Below, in pieces: positions 1 through 8,850 of a DNA stretch of 60,258 nt. A model generated the notes under the pieces. It searched no databases. It was not told where the DNA came from and was given only the letters and a program-made list of their open reading frames with translations. Numbering within the stretch: position 1 is the stretch's first letter; the number at the start of each line of letters is the position of its first letter. Made by a program: the position numbers and the translations under genes. This DNA is from Bryobacteraceae bacterium (GTDB taxonomy: Bacteria > Acidobacteriota > Terriglobia > Bryobacterales > Bryobacteraceae). Where the stretch lies: positions 1 to 60,258 of the forward strand of contig JBEKUT010000001.1 in assembly GCA_049514735.1 (NCBI GenBank), given 5' to 3'.

Positions 1-1
1 G

Positions 2-1780
2 TTCCTGGGTGACCTTGAGCGTGCATCGAATCACGAGAAAAGGGCAGTGGAGTTATTCTCGGCGATTCATGACCCGGCCAACTTGCTCATCGCCCTTGGC
101 GAACTGGGCCTGCTCTACGAAGTTCAGGACGAGTTCGAAAGGGCAATTCAGGCTTACCAGCGGGCCTATGATCTGGCTAAGAGTCTCAATCAATCCAAAG
201 ACGCCGCTCGAGTTGCGGTTAACCTGTCTGCAGCATATATCGAAAACGATCAGTGGAACGTAGCCGAAGAGTGGAATGAACAATCGCGCAAGTCCGACCC
301 TGGAGGAGGGTCCTCCGAACCCTATCAAATCCTGAACGCGGCCAGAATCGCCGATCACCGAGGTCAAACAGATCTGGCCATTCGCATGTATCGGGAAATC
401 GCTAATCGCCCGGGAGTGCCTCCGACACTTGTCTGGAACTGCGACTCATTTCTTGCGATGATCCGCGTTCAACAAAAAAAATACGCCGGCGCGGACAGGG
501 AATACCGGGCGCTACTCAAGATCATTGACCAGACTCGGTCGGACCTCCTCGAACCGCAGTTTAAGATCACTTTTTTGTCTTCTCTGATTCGGTTCCACCA
601 GGACTACGTCGACCTGCTCGTTACCCAAAACGACAACACCAACGCGCTCCGCATCATCGAATCCAGCCGCGCCCGCGTCCTCACCGAGCGGCTCGTCGGT
701 AAGGACGCCGCAATACCCAACAGCATCGACATTCCCCAACTCAAACAACTCGCCAAAGACACCAACACCTCGCTTCTCTCCTTCTGGATCGCCCCCAAAC
801 GCTCCTTCGCCTGGCTGATCGACAAATCCGGCGTGCATCGCTTCGACCTCCCACCCGAGGACCAGATTGAATCGCTCGTAACCGCGTACCGCGAGACCGT
901 GGAACACGCATTGCGCGACCCCATCGCCGCCGCCGACCCCAACGGACCCAAGTTGTGGAACGCCCTCCTCGCGCAAATCGCGCCGAAAATCCCGAAGAAC
1001 GGCCGCGTCGTAATCATTCCCGATGGCCCCCTCCATCGCCTCAACTTCGAAACGCTGCCCGTGCCATCACCGACGCCGCATTACTGGATCGAAGACGTCG
1101 AGATCGCCATCGCTCCTTCGCTTGCCATCGCGGCGTCGAAACCCGAGCCGCCTCGAGAAGGGAACCCATCGTTACTACTGATCGGCGCGCCGGATTATAC
1201 GGGCACGGATTTTCGCTTCTTAGCCAAAGCCGGCGCCGAAATTCACGATATCGAAGCCCGCTTCCCCAAGTTGGAGCGGGCCGTCTACACCGGACGCCAA
1301 GCTTCACCCGACGCGTATCGCGCCTCCCAGCCGGCCCGCTTCTCTTTGATCCATTTCGCCGCTCACGCCGAAGCGAGTCATGAGAGCCCGCTCGAATCGG
1401 CCGTGGTTCTCTCACGTCATGGCGATTCCAACAAGCTCTACGCCCGCGACGTCATCGATCAGCCCATACACGCCGACCTCGTCACCATCTCGGGCTGCCG
1501 CAGCGCCGGCGTGCGAGCCTATGCGGGCGAAGGTCTCATCGGTTTCGCATGGGCCTTTCTGCAGGCGGGCGCCCGATCCGTCGTCGCTGGATTATGGGAT
1601 GTCAGCGATTCGTCCACCGAACCTCTCATGAATCGGTTTTACGCCGGCATCGCGGCGGGCCAGCCGCCCTCTACCGCCATGCGCAATGCCAAACTCGCCT
1701 TGCTCAAGGGAGGCGCCGGCTATTCGAAGCCATATTATTGGGCGCCCTTCCAGGTCTATCTGCGAACGATTCGCAAGTAA
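2..1780 (+). CDS. CHAT domain-containing protein with N-terminal TPR-like repeats (5' end outside window)
   Basis: The frame is open from base 2, with no stop before the GTG at 47, so the gene starts upstream. The N-terminal part is helical and TPR-like (AIQAYQRAYDLAKSL). The C-terminal half carries the caspase-like His/Cys context of CHAT domains (HFAAHAEA ... ISGCRSAG) and the typical YYWAPFQVY ending. Confidence 0.8.
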   Translation, partial: FLGDLERASNHEKRAVELFSAIHDPANLLIALGELGLLYEVQDEFERAIQAYQRAYDLAKSLNQSKDAARVAVNLSAAYIENDQWNVAEEWNEQSRKSDPGGGSSEPYQILNAARIADHRGQTDLAIRMYREIANRPGVPPTLVWNCDSFLAMIRVQQKKYAGADREYRALLKIIDQTRSDLLEPQFKITFLSSLIRFHQDYVDLLVTQNDNTNALRIIESSRARVLTERLVGKDAAIPNSIDIPQLKQLAKDTNTSLLSFWIAPKRSFAWLIDKSGVHRFDLPPEDQIESLVTAYRETVEHALRDPIAAADPNGPKLWNALLAQIAPKIPKNGRVVIIPDGPLHRLNFETLPVPSPTPHYWIEDVEIAIAPSLAIAASKPEPPREGNPSLLLIGAPDYTGTDFRFLAKAGAEIHDIEARFPKLERAVYTGRQASPDAYRASQPARFSLIHFAAHAEASHESPLESAVVLSRHGDSNKLYARDVIDQPIHADLVTISGCRSAGVRAYAGEGLIGFAWAFLQAGARSVVAGLWDVSDSSTEPLMNRFYAGIAAGQPPSTAMRNAKLALLKGGAGYSKPYYWAPFQVYLRTIRK

Positions 1781-2095
1781 AACCCAGTGCAAAAATATTT
1801 CAAAATTAATGTTCCCCGTATCCCTAACAAACTGCGCCGCTTACAAGATCTGCCCGTCCGCGCCGAATTCCAACCGTTCACCATGCCCAGTATATTTAGA
1901 TCGAGGTTAGATGCTTTCCCAAGCCCCCGTCTCCACCGAACGCACGCTGCTGCGGAGGCAGGAACCCGATTCCAGCTTCCGCAGGACCCCTTCCAAAACT
2001 ATAAACCTAGCAACAACTATAACTTAACTCGGTGTACCCACTCTCTCACAGGCGGCAAAAGTAGGACAGGCCATCGGGTTTTGTGGCCTGTTGGG

Positions 2096-2234
2096 ATGGG
2101 CCTGCGGCCCACCCAAGTCGATGAAGAACAACGACCGTAACCGAGCCGTGACCGGCAGGGAGTGTCCATGGGCCTGCGGCCCACCCAAGTCGATGATGAA
2201 CAACGACCGTAACCGAGCCGTGACCGGCAGGGAG
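2096..2234. repeat. Tandem duplication of a 67-nt unit (period 72), part of a dispersed intergenic repeat family
   Basis: Units 2096-2162 and 2168-2234 differ at one base (GAAGAAC vs GATGAAC). Each opens with the palindrome GGGCCTGCGGCCC. An 8-bp-stem hairpin ACAGGCCA-N10-TGGCCTGT (2066-2091) sits just before them. The 3' part of the unit recurs inverted at 31108-31143. Confidence 0.9.
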
Positions 2235-2529
2235 CGGTTGGCCCATTTAGACATGTTCTTCAGGGGAGCGGTTGTCCCGAAGATAGTGGATAAGTCGAGA
2301 AGCCGCATTTTCGACCCTGTCTCCCCGCAGTCCTGAACCGCGTGACGCCGATGGCGTAATCTCCCGCCAACCGCTCCCCACGTTGCATTTCGATTCGCAC
2401 AGGCGCGTCACCGTCCGAGGCTTCGGCGTAGATCTCTACCTTGACGCCGTCCGCGACACGCGCGCAATACACCGCCGAACAAAACCACGCGCGTGAGCAA
2501 GGGAGCTATATTAAAATTCGAGGAACTCC

Positions 2530-3078
2530 ATGACCACACGCATTGCCACGTTCGCTCTCGTCTCTATTGCACTCACAGGCAGCGCCCTCACCGGCATCGC
2601 CGCCGCGCAGCCGCCCAGCCCTCCGGCTGAAGCATCCGTCACCGTCAACGGCAAGAACATCACCATTAAGTACTCTGCCCCGTCCGTTCGCGGCCGGAAG
2701 ATTTTCGGAGACGGTGGAGTGATATCGCATGATCCCACCTATCCCGTCTGGCGCGCTGGCGCCAATTCCGCCACATCCATGACCACCGACGGCAATCTCG
2801 ACATCAACGGCTTGAAGGTTCCGGCCGGTTCGTACACGCTCTTCGTCGCCCTAAACGGCGATCATGACTGGGACCTGATCGTCAACAAGAAGACCGGCGA
2901 GTGGGGACTTGCGTACAACAAGAGCGCGGATCTCGGCCGTGTGAAGATGACCGTCACGAAGCCGTCCGCTCCCATAGAGACGTTCCAGATTTCGCTCGAG
3001 GCCACAGGCGGAAACAAAGGGAAGCTCACGCTCTCCTGGGACAACGACGTTGCGACGGTTCCCTTCACCGTCCAATAA
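2530..3078 (+). CDS. DUF2911 domain-containing secreted protein
   Basis: It has a signal peptide (MTTRIATFALVSIALTGSALTGIAAAQ). The mature part has the DUF2911-like pattern YSAPSVRGRKIFG ... VWRAGANSAT ... GSYTLF ... WDLIVNK ... LSWDN. Confidence 0.7.
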   Translation: MTTRIATFALVSIALTGSALTGIAAAQPPSPPAEASVTVNGKNITIKYSAPSVRGRKIFGDGGVISHDPTYPVWRAGANSATSMTTDGNLDINGLKVPAGSYTLFVALNGDHDWDLIVNKKTGEWGLAYNKSADLGRVKMTVTKPSAPIETFQISLEATGGNKGKLTLSWDNDVATVPFTVQ

Positions 3079-5697
3079 ATGCAGCGGAGAACGTTTCTTA
3101 AACAAGCCGCAATTTCAGGAGCCCTGGCCGGAAGCTCCGTCGCGAAGCCGGACACTTCGGCGTACCCCAGAATATTCACGGGCCGCCAGCTTCAAATGCT
3201 GGCCTTTCCATTGGGAGGCGTCGGCGCGGGCAGCATCAGCCTCGGCGGCCGCGGCCAACTCCGCGATTGGGAGATTTTCAATCGCCCGGAAAAAGGCAAA
3301 TCGCCAGCGTACGCTTTCCCTTCGATCTGGGTCCGCAATGGCGGCGAGCCCATCGTCCGCGTTCTCGAAGCGCGCCTTCAACCTCCCTATGAAGGACCCA
3401 GCGGCTTGGGGTCGAACAACGTTCCCGGTCTGCCTCGCCTGAAGTCCTGCACATTCACAGGCGAATTTCCTATCGCGCAAATCGCGTTTCAGGATGCTCG
3501 CCTCCCAGTTCGAGTTTCGCTCGACGCTTTCACGCCTTTTATTCCGCTAGAAGCCGACGATTCCGGTCTGCCCGCCGCCATCCTGCGCTATCGCGTTTCG
3601 AACGCGGGAGCGAAAGCGTCCTCAGTCGCCATCGCGTATTCCATCGACAATCCCGTCGGCACGCAAGGCCGCTCCAACCAATTCCGCAAATCGGATCGCG
3701 TGCAGGGTCTGTTCATGCAGAATCCGTTTCTCGCGAAAACCGATCCCTTCGCCGGATCGTTCGCGTTGACAGCCTTGGATACCGAGGGCGCTCACGTAAC
3801 TTACGTGACCGGATGGGAGGGCGGCGGCCGCTGGAAGGTCGGACCGCTTTCTTTCTGGGACGATTTTTCAAGCGACGGCGATCTCGGCCCCGACGCTCCT
3901 CTGCGCGATACCGTCGGCTCGCTTTGCATCAAGCGCGACATCGCTCCGCGCACCGAAGCGCAATACACGTTCCTGTTGAGTTGGCATTTCCCGAATCGCA
4001 CTCCCGAACGCTGCTCCTGGACGGCTCCCAGAGACCATGAGCGCGACGTCATCGGCAATCATTACTGCACGCGCTTTCGAGATGCGTGGGACGCCGCTGA
4101 ATACACGGCCGGCCGCCTCCCTGAACTGGAAAAGCGCACCCGCCGATTTGTTGCCGCCATGCGCGCCACCACCATCCCCGCCGAAGTGCGCGAAGGCGCG
4201 ATGGCCAATCTCTCCACTCTCGTCACGCCCACTTCCTTCCGCACTGCCGACGGGCATTTCCACGGCTTCGAAGGTTGCAACAATTCCGGCGGATGCTGTT
4301 TCGGCAATTGCACCCACGTCTGGAATTACGAAGTCGCTACGTCCTTCCTGTTCCCTACCCTCTCGCGCTCCCTGCGCGAAAGCTCGTTTGGATACTGCAC
4401 GGACGAGCGCGGCAAAATGGACATTCGCGAGTTGCTCCCCGGAGGAATCGAACACTTCGGATACGCCGCCGCCGACGGCCAGATGGGCCAGATCATGAAG
4501 CTGTATCTCGACTGGCGCTTATCGGGTGACACGGAATGGCTGCGCACGCACTGGCTTGCGGCGAAACGCGCTCTCGAATTTGCGTGGATTCCCGGCGGTT
4601 GGGACGCCAATCGCGACGGCGTCATGGAAGGCGTGCAGCACAACACCTACGATGTCGAATTCCTCGGCCCCAATCCGCTCTGCGGCGTCTGGTATTTGGG
4701 CGCCTTGCGAGCCGCGGAACAAATGGCGACTGCCATGAACGACGCGGAATTTGCAGCCCAATGCCGCCAGTTATTCCAGAGCGGCAGTAAGTGGATCGAT
4801 GCCAATCTATTTAATGGCGAATATTACATTCAGAAGATACAAGGAACGCCCAAGGATCGCATCGCGCCTGGTCTCATTAGCGGCATGGGATCTGCCGACA
4901 CCGAGTCACCCGATTTTCAAGTTGGCGAAGGTTGCCTGGTAGACCAGTTACTCGGCCAGTATTTCGCGCATATGGTTGGACTCGGTCCTTTGCTCGATCG
5001 CGCCCATATACGCAAAGCCGTCCAATCGATTTATAAAAACAACTATAAGCGCTCCATGTACGAATGGGAATCGGTGCAGCGTACTTACGTTCTGAATGAC
5101 GAGGCGGCGCTCGTAGTGTGCGATTATCCCGCGGGCAAACGTCCCAAAGTCCCCTTCCCTTACTTCGCCGAAGTATTTACCGGGTTGGAGTACGCCACGG
5201 CTGCATTGATGATGGCTGAAGGCATGGTGGATGAAGGCGTCGAGGCCGTTCGAAGCGTCCGCCGTAGATACGATGGCGAGCGCCGCAACGCCTGGAATGA
5301 AGCCGAGTGCGGTAATCACTATGCCCGCGCCATGTCGAGTTGGGCGCCGATCGTGATCCTGAGCGGCTTTGATTACGATGCTCCGACCCTCGCCCTCACG
5401 GCGAAGCCACGAATTAATGCGAAAGATTTCAAATCATTTTGGTCCACGGCATCCGGGTGGGGAACCTTCTCGCATACACAGCGTCCGGAGTCGACAAAGT
5501 TCGCGATGACTCTCGATCACGGCGCGTTCCAACTCTCCTCCGTGGCACTCGCGCGGCAAGGGAAACAAACTCCATCAGTCTCCGCGCGGCTGAATGGAAA
5601 AGAAATTCGCGGCTTGAAATACAAGTCCGAGATAGTACGCTTTCCCGCCGAAGTAACTTTCCGGGAAGGTGACACCTTAGAGGTCAGTCTCGAGTAA
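3079..5697 (+). CDS. GH116 family non-lysosomal glucosylceramidase / beta-glucosidase (GBA2 type), Tat-exported
   Basis: It has a twin-arginine signal (MQRRTFLKQAAISGALAG). The N-terminal GBA2-type motif FPLGGVGAGSISLGGRGQLRDWEIFN is present. At 872 aa it matches the two-domain GH116 length. Confidence 0.8.
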   Translation: MQRRTFLKQAAISGALAGSSVAKPDTSAYPRIFTGRQLQMLAFPLGGVGAGSISLGGRGQLRDWEIFNRPEKGKSPAYAFPSIWVRNGGEPIVRVLEARLQPPYEGPSGLGSNNVPGLPRLKSCTFTGEFPIAQIAFQDARLPVRVSLDAFTPFIPLEADDSGLPAAILRYRVSNAGAKASSVAIAYSIDNPVGTQGRSNQFRKSDRVQGLFMQNPFLAKTDPFAGSFALTALDTEGAHVTYVTGWEGGGRWKVGPLSFWDDFSSDGDLGPDAPLRDTVGSLCIKRDIAPRTEAQYTFLLSWHFPNRTPERCSWTAPRDHERDVIGNHYCTRFRDAWDAAEYTAGRLPELEKRTRRFVAAMRATTIPAEVREGAMANLSTLVTPTSFRTADGHFHGFEGCNNSGGCCFGNCTHVWNYEVATSFLFPTLSRSLRESSFGYCTDERGKMDIRELLPGGIEHFGYAAADGQMGQIMKLYLDWRLSGDTEWLRTHWLAAKRALEFAWIPGGWDANRDGVMEGVQHNTYDVEFLGPNPLCGVWYLGALRAAEQMATAMNDAEFAAQCRQLFQSGSKWIDANLFNGEYYIQKIQGTPKDRIAPGLISGMGSADTESPDFQVGEGCLVDQLLGQYFAHMVGLGPLLDRAHIRKAVQSIYKNNYKRSMYEWESVQRTYVLNDEAALVVCDYPAGKRPKVPFPYFAEVFTGLEYATAALMMAEGMVDEGVEAVRSVRRRYDGERRNAWNEAECGNHYARAMSSWAPIVILSGFDYDAPTLALTAKPRINAKDFKSFWSTASGWGTFSHTQRPESTKFAMTLDHGAFQLSSVALARQGKQTPSVSARLNGKEIRGLKYKSEIVRFPAEVTFREGDTLEVSLE

Positions 5698-5741
5698 CAA
5701 CGCAGACGACGCTACGCGGCCGTCCGCGCTACCTTTTGTAT

Positions 5742-6554
5742 ATGACAGAGCCGATCGAGCGCATCCCTTGCCAGTGGTGCCAGAGCCTCAACGAAAAAAC
5801 CGCTCTGACCTGCCGGTCTTGCGGAGCGCCGCTGGATATACGGAATTTGGTCAGCGAGTCCGGCTGGCGCGAGGCCCCTCGCATCAAGGACATGACCGAG
5901 ATCCACTTCAACGCGAGCACGTGTCAGGTGGAGGGCGAGATCGTTCCGGTGGCCGAGATCAACCTCGCCCCGAACGACTCGGTCTTCTTCGAACATCACG
6001 TCATGTTGTGGAAGGATGAGAGCGTACCGCTGACCGTGCTGCAATTGCCGGGCGGCTTGAAGCGCGCGTTCGCGGGCATGCCGTTCATCATCAGCGTCTC
6101 GACCGGGCCCGGGCGGATCGCATTCTCGCGCGACGCGACCGGTGAGCTGGTGGTCCTGCCGCTGCATCCCGGCATGGAACTGGATGTCCGGGAGCACGCG
6201 TTTCTCCTCGCCTCGCATCAGATTAATTATTCCTTTGTGCGCGTCAAGGGTTTGACGAACATCCTCTTCGGCGGCCAGGGCATGTACATGGATCGCTTCG
6301 TAACGGCTGGCGCGCAGGGTCTGCTGATTCTCCATGGCTATGGCAACGTGTTTGAACGCGTGCTTAAGCCCGGCGAGAGCATCATGGTGGAACCGGGCGC
6401 GTTTCTCTACAAAGACGCGTCGGTGACCATGCAGGTGGAGTTTCAACGGCTGGGCACGGGCTTTTTTGGAGGCACGAACATGAGCCTCGCCAGGATGACC
6501 GGACCGGGACGCATCGGCATCCAGTCCATGTACGTGCATCATCACACGGAATAA
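5742..6554 (+). CDS. AIM24 (TIGR00266/DUF124) family protein with N-terminal zinc ribbon
   Basis: A CxxC-N13-CxxC ribbon (CQWCQSLNEKTALTCRSCG) precedes an AIM24-like body (FFEHHVMLWKD ... GPGRIAFSRD ... LHGYGNVFERVLKPGESIMVEPGAFLYKD). ATG 5742 is preferred over TTG 5736. Confidence 0.7.
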   Translation: MTEPIERIPCQWCQSLNEKTALTCRSCGAPLDIRNLVSESGWREAPRIKDMTEIHFNASTCQVEGEIVPVAEINLAPNDSVFFEHHVMLWKDESVPLTVLQLPGGLKRAFAGMPFIISVSTGPGRIAFSRDATGELVVLPLHPGMELDVREHAFLLASHQINYSFVRVKGLTNILFGGQGMYMDRFVTAGAQGLLILHGYGNVFERVLKPGESIMVEPGAFLYKDASVTMQVEFQRLGTGFFGGTNMSLARMTGPGRIGIQSMYVHHHTE

Positions 6555-6572
6555 GAGAGCGGAGATCAGAAC

Positions 6573-7559
6573 ATGTTCTGCACGAATTGCGGCTCTCAAG
6601 TTCCCGAATCGGCAAACTTCTGTGTTGGCTGCGGCAGCACCGTTAAGCGAGAGGCTTCCCCGCCGGCCCCCGCACCCACCCACGCGGCATCGAAGTGCGA
6701 ATGGTGCGGCGCTCCCGTGGACGCAACACAACAGAGTTGTCCCCGCTGCGGAGCCACTTTGAATATTCGCGGCATGTCCACGCGTTCCGGTTGGGTGCAA
6801 CTGCCCGGCCGCAAAGACATGGCGAAGCTGCAGTTTGGAAACTCGTTCTGCCAGATCGAAGGATTGTATGTTCCGGTCGCGGATTTCAACCTCGCTCCAA
6901 ACGACGGCATTTATTTCACGCATCACGTCCTGCTGTGGAAGGACCCGCAGGTGAACGTCACCACAATGCCGCTCAGCGGCGCGTGGAAGCGCATGTTTGC
7001 GGGCATGCCGTTGATCATGACGCAGGCGCAGGGTCCCGGCCACATCGCCTTTTCGCGCGATGCGCCAGGAGAGATGATCGCGGTGCCCCTCCATCCAGGG
7101 CAGATGGTGGATGTTCGCGAGCACCTTTTTCTAGTCGCCACCAGCAACGTCGGGTACGACTGGTTTTCCACCAACATCTGGTTCCGCACCAAGAGCGGCG
7201 ACGACACCGAGACCCACTATCCCGTGGGGATGTTTATGGATCGCTTCGCCTCGCCGCAAACTCCGGGCCTGTTGTTACTCCATGCGGCTGGGAACGTCTT
7301 CATCCGCGAACTACCTCCGGGTCAGACCATTCTGGTGAAGCCGACCGCGCTGGTCTTTAAGGATCCAACGGTCCAAATGCACCTTCACTTCGAGCAGCCC
7401 AACGCTGGATTTTTCGGCTGGGGATCGTGGAGCAACAAATACTTGTGGCTGCGGCTGACGGGTCCAGGACGCGTGGCGGTGCAGTCGGTTTTCGACAGGA
7501 TCGAAGGAGAATCCCGCAACATCTACGATTTCTCCTACGCCACGCAGACCCGCTGGTAG
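6573..7559 (+). CDS. AIM24 family protein with two N-terminal zinc ribbons (paralog of the upstream gene)
   Basis: It has two ribbons (CTNCGSQVPESANFCVGCG and CEWCGAPVDATQQSCPRCG). The body is collinear with the upstream paralog (YFTHHVLLWKD ... GPGHIAFSRD ... LHAAGNVFIRELPPGQTILVKP). Confidence 0.7.
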   Translation: MFCTNCGSQVPESANFCVGCGSTVKREASPPAPAPTHAASKCEWCGAPVDATQQSCPRCGATLNIRGMSTRSGWVQLPGRKDMAKLQFGNSFCQIEGLYVPVADFNLAPNDGIYFTHHVLLWKDPQVNVTTMPLSGAWKRMFAGMPLIMTQAQGPGHIAFSRDAPGEMIAVPLHPGQMVDVREHLFLVATSNVGYDWFSTNIWFRTKSGDDTETHYPVGMFMDRFASPQTPGLLLLHAAGNVFIRELPPGQTILVKPTALVFKDPTVQMHLHFEQPNAGFFGWGSWSNKYLWLRLTGPGRVAVQSVFDRIEGESRNIYDFSYATQTRW

Positions 7560-7616
7560 ACGTAACCTGGCGACACGGCTAAACGTCTATTCGCTGATTC
7601 CGGGGTCTCGCTCGCA

Positions 7617-7994
7617 ATGAAAGCCGTCGCGTTATATGTGTCGCTTGCCGCGCTTATGCTATTGACTCCGATGGCGCGGCCGCAACAAAAAGACGACTCT
7701 GAAGAGCGCGTCTACGAGCTCAACGACGATATCAAACCTCCCCGCATCACGCACCAGGTCAATCCCGACTATTCGAGCATCCGCGGCATACGCGTCAAAG
7801 GATCGGTGGAGGTTGCCCTGGTGGTCAGTTCGCAAGGCGCTCCCAAGGATCCGCGCGTGGTGCAGAGCCTGGACCCCGAAGTGGACCGCTGCGCGGTAGA
7901 CGCCATCAGGAAGTGGCGATTCGCGCCAGCCCAGAAGGACGGCAAACCCGTCGCCGTGAAGCTGACCATAGAGATGCAGTTCCACTCCATGTAA
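7617..7994 (+). CDS. Small secreted TonB C-terminal domain protein
   Basis: A signal peptide is followed by a TonB_C-like segment: PPRITHQVNPDYSSIRGIRVKGSVEVALVVSSQGAPKDPRVVQSLDPEVDRCAVDAIRKWRFAPAQKDGKPVAVKLTIEMQF. Confidence 0.75.
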   Translation: MKAVALYVSLAALMLLTPMARPQQKDDSEERVYELNDDIKPPRITHQVNPDYSSIRGIRVKGSVEVALVVSSQGAPKDPRVVQSLDPEVDRCAVDAIRKWRFAPAQKDGKPVAVKLTIEMQFHSM

Positions 7995-8241
7995 CCGCCG
8001 CCGATTGCGTAGCCGGGAATCCAGTGCGAAACTGGGTTTGGTTAAATGGATCTATGGTACGAGTAGGATCTGTGGTGAACTCCTGGACATCGCTCCCGGA
8101 TCTTCGTGTATCTTCATTTAAGGGGCCTTCGGTTTAAAGGGCCTTGTTCCGGCCACAACCCGCCGGCGGCTGTCTAGGCTTCGGCGTAAGCCCGTTGTTT
8201 CGATTCTTTAGAGTGACATTTTCACCCTGGAGGTAACAGAG

Positions 8242-8478
8242 ATGGTCAACTGCCCGAATTGCGATGCAGTAATCGACGTCGACGAAGAGGAACTGGACGA
8301 GGGGGAATCGGTACCGTGTGATGAGTGTGGCGCGATTCTGACTGTGGTGAGCCTGGATCCTCTGGAACTCGAGTCGGCCGAAGATGAGGAAGAAGACGAG
8401 GAGGAGGAGGAAGACCTCGATTTCGACGACGATGAAGAGGAAGAAGAGGAAGAAGAGGATGAGGAGGATTGGAAGTAG
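8242..8478 (+). CDS. LysW-like zinc-ribbon protein with a long polyacidic tail
   Basis: The ribbon is CPNC...CDECG and is followed by VVSLDPLELE, as in LysW-type amino-group carrier proteins. After that comes a run of about 35 residues of almost pure Glu/Asp ending EEDWK. AGGTAACAGAG precedes the ATG. Confidence 0.6.
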   Translation: MVNCPNCDAVIDVDEEELDEGESVPCDECGAILTVVSLDPLELESAEDEEEDEEEEEDLDFDDDEEEEEEEEDEEDWK

Positions 8479-8845
8479 CCTCGCCGCCGTGGCCGCTGTC
8501 GCGATTGCGTTAACGGGCGCCGGTCACGCGGAGAAGAACCACCAGATCGCCGGGGTCTATGCGGTCGTCGGCGGCACGGTATTTCGCGAATCCGGCTACG
8601 CTCTTCCGGGCGCCGAAGTTGTCCTTGTGCCGGATCCTCAACCAGGCCAGGAACGCGTCAAGATTCACGAGCCGAAAGCGATTTCCGACCATCGTGGAGA
8701 ATTCGCATTTCGAGTGCCGCTGACGGCGATGCGTTATACGGTGAAGGCTCACTTGAAGGGGTTTGAGCCGCAGCAGAAATCGGTAGATATAGAAGGGGAG
8801 CAGCGGGTGGATGTAACCTTGATTCTTCCAGCCGTATCCAAATAG
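8459..8845 (+). CDS. Carboxypeptidase regulatory-like domain secreted protein
   Basis: I chose the start at MRRIGSSLAAVAAVAIALTGAGHA (signal peptide). The body is a CarboxypepD_reg-like beta sandwich (GTVFRESGYALPGAEVVLV ... DHRGEFAFRVP ... YTVKAHLKGFEP). It overlaps the upstream stop by 20 nt. Confidence 0.65.
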   Translation: MRRIGSSLAAVAAVAIALTGAGHAEKNHQIAGVYAVVGGTVFRESGYALPGAEVVLVPDPQPGQERVKIHEPKAISDHRGEFAFRVPLTAMRYTVKAHLKGFEPQQKSVDIEGEQRVDVTLILPAVSK

Positions 8846-8850
8846 ACAGG

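Noticed and set aside
2096-2234. Possible CRISPR array
   Set aside because: There are only two units, they are directly adjacent (5-nt gap) with no unique spacers, and no cas genes are present in the window.
2260-2472. 70-aa minus-strand ORF (MYCARVADGVKVEIYAEASDGDAPVRIEMQRGERL...), possibly the C-terminal remnant of a larger enzyme
   Set aside because: It has no start context and runs into repeat-derived sequence. I could not tie it to a family from sequence alone.
5712-7124. 470-aa ORF on the minus strand
   Set aside because: It lies entirely antisense to the two AIM24 genes. Its composition is Arg/His/Ala-rich and low in complexity, with no recognisable motifs. This is a typical high-GC shadow ORF.
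8384-8458. Polybasic N-terminal extension (MRKKTRRRRKTSISTTMKRKKRKKR) of the 8384-8845 ORF
   Set aside because: It is simply the GAG/GAA repeat of the polyacidic tail read in another frame (AGG/AAG). A normal signal peptide starts at the internal Met at 8459.
8242-8478. Calling the zinc-ribbon protein a genuine lysW of the alpha-aminoadipate lysine pathway
   Set aside because: No lysX/Y/Z/J/K genes are in the vicinity, the tail ends in Lys rather than Glu, and the tail is far longer than in LysW. It is reported only as LysW-like.
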